A stretch of 64,000 bases of DNA from Azolla caroliniana (Eukaryota; Plantae; Polypodiophyta). Both the position numbers and the translations under genes were made by a program. Positions within the stretch are counted from its first letter, which is position 1. Each line of letters begins with the position of its first letter. This document shows, piece after piece, positions 1 to 10,627 of this stretch. The stretch spans positions 10,354,001 to 10,418,000 of the forward strand of contig JBHGNT010000017.1 in assembly GCA_043228905.1 (NCBI GenBank), given 5' to 3'. The notes beneath the pieces were generated by a model that was not told the origin of the DNA, searched no databases, and was given only the letters and a program-made list of their open reading frames with translations.

Positions 1-16
1 ATGCACCAGTACCTGC

Positions 17-620
17 TGTTAGGAAACAGGTCCCTCCGGATGGAAGTAAAAAGAACCGGATGACGAGTAACCCGGCAACAGTCGGATGGTGAAGACCCGG
101 TGAGAACCGGATGACGTGTGCCCAGCAAGCGTCGGATGATGCAGGCCCGGTGAGGAGTGCTCACCGGATGAAGGGACATATTCGTAAATATGTTTCTGAG
201 AGTCCATCGGGGCTATATTTGTAAATACCCGAAAAGTCATATTAGTATAAATATGACTTAGGGCAAACTTAGTAGAGGGGTTGTTGTCATTCTTGTTGGG
301 ACAAGATTAGAGCGCAACAGTGTACAAAGAGAGAGAGAAAGAGACGAAGAGTTCGTATCTCTGTTGTAACCGCCGCCTGTGGTGAAGATAGCAAGCTCGA
401 GGTCGTTGCCTCGGTGCTCCACTATTGTACATTCTTATATAGTGATAGTTTGAAGTCTTCGGGCTGCCGTGGTTTTTCCCCTAGTTTGGGTTTTCCACGT
501 TAACATCCTGTGTACTCTTCTCTCCATTGTGTCGTGCGTTTCATTACCCGTTTTCTGTGTTTTGATTCTAGGCTCGGTTGTGGCCGAGTGTTGTTCATAG
601 GGAGCGTGTAGTTCCTGTCA
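17..620 (+). repeat. 5' LTR, copia family A
   Basis: TG...CA termini, tataaat box near 246, homologous to 9860-10627, 54089-54827 and 54851-55601, followed by a PBS. Confidence 0.93.
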
Positions 621-623
621 AAG

Positions 624-635
624 TGGTATCAGAGC
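624..635 (+). promoter_or_regulatory. Primer-binding site, tRNA-iMet
   Basis: TGGTATCAGAGC 3 nt after the LTR end. Confidence 0.95.
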
Positions 636-650
636 AAAACGACACAGAAA

Positions 651-3247
651 ATGGACGAATCGTTGGGAGGCATGTTCAAGCTCACCGGCTCCAACTATTC
701 GGTGTGGAAGTCGAAGATGAGGGAGGGACATGCTCGTGGTTAAAGATCTTTGGCTGCCGGTTCAGTTCGGGGACAAGAGACCGGAGAAAATCGACGCCAC
801 GATATGGGAGGTGATGCACATGAAGACAACGGCGTACATATGGTGCTTCATCGACATGAGTCTATACAACAACTTCAATGAAGAGAGCAAGGCTCATGAG
901 CTCTGGGAGAAGATTGGCATTATGTTTCAAAACAAAAATGCTGTTAATCAGGTTTCGGTATTTCGGAAGCTAGTAAGACTCCGGTACCAAGATGGATCCA
1001 ACATAGCGGACCACATGAATGCCTTCCAGGGGCTGATCCACCAGATAACATCATTGGAAGTACCTCTTGCCGATGAGGTACTAGCGCTACTCCTGCTCGG
1101 TTCCCTCCCAGATAGCTGGGAGACGTTGGTTGTCACTTTAGGCAACGCCAGGCTGGAAGGGAAACGGTTATCCCTAGCAAGAGTGAAGTCGAGCTTGCTA
1201 GATGAGGAGGCGCGTCGGAAAGATAAGGATACGAGGTCCGACTCCAAAGCGCTCCTTACCGAATCAGAACGCGGAAGACAAAGGAACTGTAGCCCCCAAA
1301 ACCGGGAAAAGTCGGGGACACGGTCAAAGTCAAGGGGGAGGCCTACTTGCTTCTATTGCGGCAAGTCGGGACACTTCCAGAAGAACTGTCGGCACTTCCG
1401 AAAAGACAAGGAAACCAATGGTACCGATTCGAAGCGGACACCGGACTAGAACGGTAAAGACCGGAGGGGGCAGACCGGAAGGGAACGACGGAAATTGCGG
1501 CAAGTGAAGAAGAGTTGATGCTCATCACCGAGGAGAGTGAGCTAAACCTTGCCGGCGACGGAGCGTCGTTCCACCTTACCCCGAACCGGAAATGCTTCTC
1601 ATCCTACTCAACCGGTGATCACGGTTGTGTCCAGATGGGGAATGAAGGTACATGCCGAATTATCGGCATAGGAGATGTGTGGTTGACAACGTCAACCGGA
1701 TGCAAGCTGATGCTGAAGGATTTCCGACACGTTCCGGAGGTTCGTCTGAACCTGATATCAACCGGTCGGCTAGATGATGAAGGCTACACAGGTAGCATCC
1801 AGAACGGTGTTATGAACTTCAGCAAAGGGAGCCTGATTGTGGCTCGGGCCCGGAAGGTCAACACTCTGTACCTCATGAATGCCCGGTTATGCCTGGAAAA
1901 AGTGAACGTGGCATCCAACACTGCCGGTGAGTTGTGGCACAAGAGGCTGTGTCACATGAGCGAGAAGGGGATGAAGAGGGTTGTAGATGACAACCTCATT
2001 CCAGTGAAGAACGTGCACTTGGAGAAGTGCATTGATTGTCTGGACGGTAAACAAAACTAGACCTCCTTCCGATCAAGGCCACCGATGAGACGTAATGCAC
2101 CACTGGGGTTGGTGCATACTCATGTATGTCAAGTGGACACGAAGTCACATGCCGGATCGCAGTACTTCGTGACGTTCATAGATGACCACAGCTGGAAGCT
2201 GTGGGCCACATCGTTCAAGACGAAGGATCAGGTGTTATCCGTCTTCAAAGAGCTCCACGCAAGAGTGGAAAGAGAAACCAGCCGGAAGCTGAAGGTGGTT
2301 CGAGTAGATAACGGAGGTGAATACCGGGGGTAGTTTGAGGAGTACTATCGCTCGAAGGGAATCCGGCTCGAATTTACCGTGCCGAAGACGCCGGAACTAA
2401 ACGGGTTGGACGAGAGGATGAACCGGACCATAATGGAGAGGGTCTAGAGTATGCTGGCGCATGCAAAATTACCCAAGACGTTTTGGGCTGAGGCGCTGTC
2501 GACAACGACGTATGTGATAAACATATCACCCTCAGTGCCCTTGGATGGAGACACATCGCAGAAGGTGTGGACCGGTAAGGAAGTGTCCTACCGGCATCTG
2601 AAGGTGTTCGGGTGTCTCGTGTACGTGCATGTTGCTAAGGACCGTAGAGGAAAGTTGGATCCAAAGACCCGGCCATGCATATTTCTCGGATATGGCGATG
2701 ATGAGTTCGGCTACCAAGTGTGGGATCCGGTTGACAAGAAGGTTTTCCGGAGTCGAGATATTATCTTCATGGAGGACAAGACCCTTGCCGACTGGGAGTC
2801 GAAGAAGAAGATAATGAACTCCGATGAGATTTGGACACATCCGGCTAAGAGCTGGTTGACACTCGAGGAACCAGTCAGTTACGGTGAGAATACCAAACTG
2901 GCAGAAGAAGAAGTAGAGGAAGCTGAAATCGGAACCGGCCAAGATCTCGAATCGGATTCGGATGAAGAACAAATAGAGGAGCCAGTTGCCGAAAGCCAAA
3001 GACGGAGATATCCTCTCAGAGAGAGAAGGGCCCTCCGGAGATTTCTGGATGCAGAACATGTGCTGCTAACCGATGAGGGGGAGCCAGAAAGCTTCGAAGA
3101 AGCGAAGGATGTCACCCACAACCGCAAATGATTAAGTGCCATGCAGGATGAGATGCATTCCCTACACGAGAACCATACGTACGAATTGGTGGAGTTGCCG
3201 AAAGGAAAGTGGGCACTTCGAAACAAGTGGGTGTACATGTTGAAACC
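651..3247 (+). pseudogene. gag-pol: Copia gag-pol pseudogene (Gag, CCHC knuckle, protease, integrase, RT N-terminus)
   Basis: CFYCGKSGHFQKNC, DGASFH, LWHKRLCH, FVTFIDD, DNGGEY, KLDPK..CIFLGY, NKWVY; several stops and frameshifts. Confidence 0.93.
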
Positions 3248-3268
3248 GGGAGCGTGCAGTTCCTGTCA

Positions 3269-6022
3269 CCTCCTCGGGCACGGTTACTGGAGCTATGTTG
3301 ACGGAGCAAATGGCACAGCACCCGAATTGACACACAAAGATTTCCTGGTGTGGGAACAGTCGGTGAGCAGAGTACTGTACTGCTTCGCGTCTTGTGTGGG
3401 CGAACAACTATTAAGCTACGTTCGGGATGCAAAAACGCCGAAGGGTGCGTGGGAAAATCTAAAGAAGAACTTCACCGCGAGCACCACAACTAGGAAGCTT
3501 CAGCTCCGACAGGAGTTGAGCAACTTACAACAACGCGATTTGTCGGTGGCTGACTATACCTCGAAGATCAAGGACATATGCGACTCCTTAGCTTCCATCG
3601 ATGTGAACATTAAGGAAAGCGAGATGGTGCAGGTTTGTCTCGGGGGTTTGGCGTCGAAGTTCGGGGCGTTCCGAACTGTTGTGTGTACCCGGGAGAATAC
3701 GCCGTCCTTTTTCGACTTACAGTCGATGCTCCTGGTAGAGGAGAACCACGCGGGTGCGTCAATGAGCACACACACCGACAACAAGATGCTATACACGGAG
3801 GGAGATAGGCCCCATGGATGTGGAGGACGAGGCGAGTCGGTGCGCAATGCAGGCGACCGACGAGATCAAGGAAGGAGGCACCAAAATGATGCCGACATCA
3901 ATTCCGGACCCTCCGGAAACAGGGGGAGTCGAGGCGATGAGAACCGGCAAGGGAAACTCACCACGGAATGCTGGTACTGTGGCAAGAAAGGCCACAGGGA
4001 GAGCGAGTGCTGGAAAAAGTGCGCCGAGTCGGAGAGGACCAGTTCCGGATCTGGTTCCAGACATACCGACAAAGGAAACCGGCAGCGATCGCACTACGCC
4101 GAAGGATCCGGAAAAGCCGGAAAAGGGTCTGCCTTCGTGACGAGACACGAAGTAAACTCAATAAAGTAGACCACCCCGAAATCGGACGAGGTGTGGCACG
4201 TCGCGTCCGGCACGTCAAATCACATGATGAGCCATAAGGAGTGGTTCTCGTACCTAGAAAAACCAACGCAATCGGGAGTAGTCGCAACCGGAGACAACAC
4301 TCCGCATCTGATCGCGAATGTTGGAGAAGTTCCCCTGAGCCATGTCGGGCAGAAAGGGAAACTCATGAACGTGCTACACGTTTTGACAATCACGAAGAAC
4401 TTGATGTCGGTCAGACAGATCGTCGACCAAGGGATGGAGGTCCGGTTTACACATCTTAGGTGCTTCATTGAGGAAGACGTTCATCCTCGACTCTACTGAC
4501 GGTGGCATCGCAATGTTCGCGAAGGGACAAAAAGTCTAGTCGGAATCGACTTATGGCACAAGCGGATAGGCCACGTCAACTACCAGCGGCTTCAAGACAT
4601 GCAATCGAAACAAGTGGTGTTCGGATTGCCCAAATTTAGTGACCGGAAGGCACAAATTTGTGAAGCCAGCCAGCTTGGGAAGCATGGCCGAGATGCCTCT
4701 GGATGAGCCTGAAATCGGGACCCGCGAAGAGAGTCTAATTTTGTTTCGGTTAAGTGGACCGCATGGACGACTCAGTTGGTTTGACCATTCCGATGAAGAG
4801 CCGGCGAGTAGTGGAGACTCGGCCGTGCATTCCCCGCACAGGAAGCCGAGGAGACGGCTTATGCGCAAAGAGAAAGGGAAGAAGAAGGTGTCGGATTCTG
4901 GGACGGATAGGAACGAGTTAGACCGACGTGAGTCCGACTCCGAGGGAAGCGGTGATGGGTCTTCAAAAGCAAAGTCCGCGTCGGCCGAGAAGACCTCGAC
5001 ATCGGCTAATGACCGATTATGCCGATCTACCCGCCAGAAGAACCCAGTTGTGCAGTTCGGATACAACGAGTACATGGCGCATCATTATGCGTACATGACC
5101 CGTGTAGCGGAAGTGCGTGAGCCGGAGAGCTATGTAGAAGCGGCTAAGGATGGGAATTGGCGCGCCGCGATGGAGGAAGAGATGCACACATTGGCGGAAA
5201 ACGAGACCTGGGACTTGGTTGACGCACCGAAGGGTGTGAAGCCGATTGGATGTAGGTGGGTGTACAAGGTCAAGTACAACACCGACAGCTCGGTCAACTG
5301 ATACAAGGGCCGGTTAGTGGCAAAAGGCTACGTGCAGAAACGCGGCATCGACTACAATGAGACGTTTGCGCCACTTGCGAAGATGACGACCGTCCCTGTG
5401 TTGCTCGCGGTAGCTGCGGCAAAGGGGTGGAACTTACATCAGATGGATGTAAAGAATGCGTTCCTGCAAGGTGAGCTTGAGGAATAGGTGCACATGGTAC
5501 AACCCCCCGGATTTCACTCCGGACAGAACATGTCGGTAGTGTGCCGATTGAAGAAGTCCCTTTACAGACTGAAGCAAGCCCCGTGTGCCTGGAACGCGAA
5601 GATCACCCATCAATTGCGTGGATGGGCTTTGCAACGTCAAAATCAGACTCTTCCCTGTTCATCCGGAAAGGTCGACTCGGTCCGGTCAGTATTTTACTAT
5701 ATGTTGATGACTTGGTCATCACCGACGCCGACCTAGGTGAAATTGACCGCGTGAAGCTCCGGCTTGCGGCATCGTTCGACATGAAGGATCTGGGGGATCT
5801 TCATTACTTCCTGGGGATCGAAGTGATCCGTACCCCCGAAGGCATATTGATCAGCCAACGCCATTATGTGTTGAGTATGCGCTTCAAATTTGGGATGGCC
5901 GACTGTAAGTTCGTCTCGACTCCTATGGATAGAACCGTCAAGCCCCTTGGTCTGGACAAGTTGTGGTAGTTCTCGGGTGCGCTTGGGTTGCGTCACCTCG
6001 ACGTGCCGAACTTGAGGGGGAG
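3269..6022 (+). pseudogene. gag-pol: Copia gag-pol pseudogene; integrase core and most of RNase H deleted
   Basis: [77 protein letters not shown], then a jump to the RNase H tail KPLG. Confidence 0.9.
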
Positions 6023-6536
6023 AGACGTCCCATATGACCACGAAAGGGAGTAGGAAAGGAGTGGAAAAGACCGTGACGCCGAGTCAGATGACGAATTCGA
6101 CTTCGGATCGGCTAAAGAAGCCGAGGGCGGATCCGCGGAAGAGTCCGGATGCGGACATAAGGGGAACAACCGAAAGAAAGAGCCGAAGCAAGGGGGAGAT
6201 GATGCCGTCAAGGGCGAGAAGACCGAAGACGAGTTGGAGACAGCCAACTCGAACGAGAGCGAAAACCGATCGGAGGTAGCCAAGTCGGTTCAGATGTTTG
6301 ATTCGGATACACTGAATCAACCGAGGGCCAAGCGGAAAAGAAGGCAGCAGGAGAAGCGCCAACACTGTGACAACAAGGGAGCTGTGAAGGGCCGTGGGAG
6401 CAGACAAGCCGACTGGAAGGGTCGAAGCGCGTGGAGTCGAACAGGCCGAGGAGCGCGAGCGAGGCGTGGAGCCAAGAGGAACCGGAGCGGTGATCCGGAA
6501 GATCCTGAAGAGCCTCAAGTTGAGCTTGAGGGGGAG

Positions 6537-6985
6537 TGTTGAGAGACAAGCTCAACATCGGCCGTATCGGTTAAGCAAGCCGAGGACCGGATCGGTTGGG
6601 ACCGATCGGTTAGGCCGGACCGGTGCGTAAAACGGATGCGTAATCTGGTACGCAAACCTGTACGTAACGAAAGGCCGTATCGGTGCGTAAACCGAAAGGC
6701 CGTTAGAGAGATATTCCTCGTAAAGGAATAATTTTGGGAGTGAGTGTCGAGGCTCACTTATGAGCAGTCAAGTACTGTCAGTACTTGTGTCAGCCCGATT
6801 GTCAGGGCTTGTATAAAAGTGCTCACTAAGCACATCCTATGCACAGAGTTAGTATTTTTTGAATTGTTTTCTTTTTCCGTTCTCTCTCTGTCTCTCCCGC
6901 GTACTGTGTATATTCAAGCTCTCCATTAAACCTACGTATTTTCTCTGTGTTCGTTTTCTATTGCTTCCGCACATAATCTTTCACA
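6537..6985 (+). repeat. 3' LTR of copia element 2
   Basis: TGTTG directly after the PPT, tataaaa near 6812, T-rich U5 ending tttcaCA. The right end is not confirmed by a TSD. Confidence 0.75.
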
Positions 6986-8912
6986 ATAGAGAAAGATATA
7001 GAAATCTCGTGAATCCCACGATTATATTGTGGGGTCACGTGGTAAAACCACAGGATAAAACCCCTCACTTAACCCAAGTAGCTATAACCAGGGTTAGGGG
7101 GTTAGACATTGGGTTAGTTAGTTAGGCTATAGTTAGTAAAGGGTTAGTTAGAAGTAAGTAAATAGAAGTGTGCTGAGATAACCGAATGGATCTTGGAATG
7201 TATTACCATGGTGTATAAATACATTCAGATGAAATAGAAAATGAGGAGAGTTTAGAGGCATTTCACACACTTTGGTGGAGAAGACAAGCAACAATCAACA
7301 CACCAACTCAAGAAAAAGCTGAAACAAAAACAAGATGCTACTCCAACAGATTAGACACCACCATATCAAGAAGAAGGCGCCGCAACGCTGCCCCAACACA
7401 ACAAGACACAACAGTAACAAGCTGAAACAACCATACCCAACACAACAAGACGCAACAACAACAGGTTGAAACCAGCATACAAATGGCATCTCCAATACAG
7501 AACAATAGTGCAATAGAATGCACCAACATGAATCCTGAATTTCTGCAATAGCACCAAGAAAATCGTCAAACTTTTCAGATGGATCAACTAATACAAGCGG
7601 TATCTAACATAGCAATACAATCCAATTTGACTAATCAGGACAATCTGTCTTTTTTCTCTTCGCAGACAGATAGGCACGCTAATCGCCCAGATCCACGAGT
7701 ACGACCTAAGTCCTTCTCAGGTCTGCCGTCTGAGGACATCCTTTCTTGGCTCGATCATTTTGAGATGGCGGCAAGCTATCATTAGTGGCCCGAAGCATGG
7801 AAAGCACTAGAGATGCGAACTTTATTAGAGGGCATTGCAGCCACATGGTTCATACAGCAACCTGAGGAGTCCAAGAACAATTGGTTGATACTTAAATCCC
7901 TCATGATCGGGAATTTTGCTCACCATGACTCAACTTAGACAGTTCTACAGCAACTAGAGACTATCAAACAACAACAACATGAGCCAGTAACACAATTCGC
8001 AATCCGATTACAACAATTACTTACTCGCACAAATCCAACAATGCCTGAATCGATGAAGCTATTCTTCTTATGTCCATGGCTACGCCTAGAATATATCGTT
8101 GAGTGCGCGACCAAGGCCCCAAAACATTTCAAGAAGCCATCCTCATTGCGCAACGCATTGAAGCAGCAACACAAATAGAACTCCAGATGAGCTGGTCATC
8201 CAATGTCAATTCCGAGAAGTAGTACAACAACAACGCCACGCCGATGGAAATCGATATCCTGAATGCTCAACTACAAGCAAGAAGGAACCTGGTGTTTTTT
8301 TTTTGCAACAACTATGGGCACGTGAAGAAACACTGTCGAAAATGGAACAACCAAAAACAGAAGCAGAATGTGCAAGTACAGTTGGCTGACAATAGTTACC
8401 GGGCCAACCTGTCGGAAAACTGAGTCGTGGGGTGTTGAAGGGAGCACAACCCCCGCATATACAAGCATCCACATCCTCAAGTTCTCCCGTGTGCACGACC
8501 ATGGCCACAATTCTCCATAGCCTGCAGGAAGTTCTCTTCGATTTCGGTAGTAGCATATCTTCCATCAGCCAAGATCTGGTTGCCCACCTCAATCTTTCAA
8601 CCTCCAAAGCCCCCCATCAGGGTGTTGTTCGGCGATCACCAACGCCTATATAAGTCCGACACCACAACTGCATGCACACTCAAGCTAGGCTCCACCACAA
8701 TCACGCACACCTTCTACATACTTCCACATCAATTGTTTCCACTCACGCTCGGATGTGATTGGTTCATTAAGAGCAGGGCCCAACTCGATTTCCATACGCA
8801 TCGCCTCATGTTACCACAAGCAAGTTCAGTTCCCCTGTTCACAAGCAAATGCAACCACCAAATCAGCAATGCACGGGTAGCATTAAGCAAGGAGGTTCGC
8901 CTAAATGCTATC

Positions 8913-9661
8913 TGATAGGGTGTATAAGATAATAGATAGTTATACACTATATGAGGGCTTGACCAAACCGATTAGATGGAGTTGAAAATCATAATATATT
9001 ATATAGCTCTAGGTAATTATGATTAGAGAGTATAACTCAAGAAACTAAGAAAAAAGATAGAGAAAGCGAGCAAGAAATAAGAATGTTCTGATATTCCAAC
9101 ATCAAGAGAATACAAAGGAGACAAACTCCACATTGAACTAAAACCAAAGACCTTCCTCTTCTAAGACACTTCCTCTTCCACAAAGACACTTCTTCCTAAC
9201 ACTCCTCATCCACTCTTTGGCCTTCACTCTTAGCCCCCCTCCTCACTAATATCACTTCTTCTTTTATAACCTTCCTCTTCTTATCCACGTTCATGCTATT
9301 TTTAGAAGCTTTTTATCTCCCTATTTTTAGCTATGACACATCGACCTTCTAATCGTCATATCTCCCTCATCCGATATCCAAATTAAGCGATTTAAAAAGC
9401 TATAGAAAGCTCTTTTTACAAGCTTTCTAATACATATTTAAACGTGATATTTGGATAAACAACGAGGGAGTTATGACCATTCTATTTTTACTGTTTTTTA
9501 TAGTCTGCGTTTTCTCTTTTTACTTTTCTCTTGGTCTCGTACTTTTACTTTTGACTTCTTCCCTAAGGTCTTAGTTCGTGTTCTTATCCTCAAAAGGTGA
9601 ATTATCTATACTTTATTTTCTCCTAATGTTCAATGGCTTAGATTCTAAAAACACTTTCACA
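8913..9661 (-). mobile_element. Solo LTR (AT-rich family)
   Basis: TG...CA termini with perfect 5-bp TSD ctatc (8908-8912 / 9662-9666); minus-strand tataaaa near 9262 suggests the orientation. Confidence 0.85.
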
Positions 9662-9859
9662 CTATCCACAAGATTTTAACTCAATACCCCGAGCTAATCA
9701 ACTCATCTGACAAGCCCACTACAGTCTCATTTCCGGTCCAACATATCATCAACACTGGAAGCACAACATCTGTCCGGACAACAGCAAGACGACGTTCTCC
9801 TTTAGATCATGCACGCATCGACCAAGCAGTGAATGAGATGCTTAAAAAGGGGATCATCT

Positions 9860-10627
9860 TGTTGGGAGACAGGTCCCTCCGGATGGGAAGGGAGAAGAAC
9901 AGTGCTGATGAACAAACTCAGCCGAGGCCTGTCGGCCTCGGCCGAAACCGTATGACGAGTACCCGGCTACGGAGAGCCGGATGGTGCAGACCCAGTGAGA
10001 ACCGGATGAGGAGTACCCGGCTACGGAGAGTCGGATGTTGCAGACCCGGTGAGAACCGAATGAGGAGTACCCGGCTACAGAGAGCCGGATGGTGCAGAAC
10101 CGGTGAGAACTGGATGAGGAGTACCCGGCTACGGAGAGCCGGATGGTGTAGACCCGGTGAGGAGTGCTCACCGGATGAAGAGACATATTCGTAAATATGT
10201 TTCTGAGAGTCCATCATGGCTACATTTGTAAATAGCTGAAAAGTCATATTAGTATAAATATGACTTAGGGCAAACTTTTAGTAGTTGTAGTTATTTTCTT
10301 CTCTGCGTGAGATCAGAGCGCGTAACTGTGTACAAAGAGAGAGAGAGAGAGGAAGAGGTCGTTGCCTCAGTTGTAACCGCCGCCTATGGCGAAGATTGTG
10401 AGCACGAGATCGTTGCCTCCGTGAACTCACTGTTGTATATTCTAACATAGTGATAGTTTGCAGCCTGTGGGCTGCCGTGCTTTTTCCCTTAGTTTGGGTT
10501 TTCCACGTAAACATCTTGCATACTCTTCTCTTCTTCGTGTCGTACATTTATTTCCCGTTTTTCTGTGTATGATTCTAAGCTTGGTTGTGGCCGAGCCTTG
10601 CGTATAGGGAGCGTGCAGTTCCCGTCA
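9860..10627 (+). mobile_element. Solo LTR, copia family A, containing about four 54-bp tandem units
   Basis: TSD catct (9855-9859 / 10628-10632); homologous to 17-620; interrupts the RT of element 3 at LKKGII/SPS. Confidence 0.95.

Larger units (their letters stand above)
17..3268 (+). mobile_element. Ty1/copia element 1 (LTR family A), internally deleted, nested in the gag of copia element 2
   Basis: TGTT...GTCA 5' LTR, iMet PBS, Gag-PR-IN-RT order. Only the last 21 bp of the 3' LTR remain (3248-3268). TSD cctgc (12-16) / cctcc (3269-3273); removing the insert restores host frame MHQYLLGHGYW. Confidence 0.93.
1..6985 (+). mobile_element. Ty1/copia element 2 (5' end outside the window), host of element 1
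   Basis: Gag split at 16/3269, pol remnants to about 6020, PPT gagggggag 6528-6536, 3' LTR 6537-6985. Confidence 0.88.

Noticed and set aside
3141-4169. 342-aa ORF that looks like an RT-Gag fusion gene
   Set aside because: Chance in-frame join of element 1 RT, a 21-bp LTR end and element 2 gag, explained by the TSD.
9829-10247. ORFs with 18-aa repeats (also 55205-55683) and a possible CRISPR-like array
   Set aside because: They are translations of a 54-bp tandem unit inside an LTR; there are no unique spacers and no cas genes.
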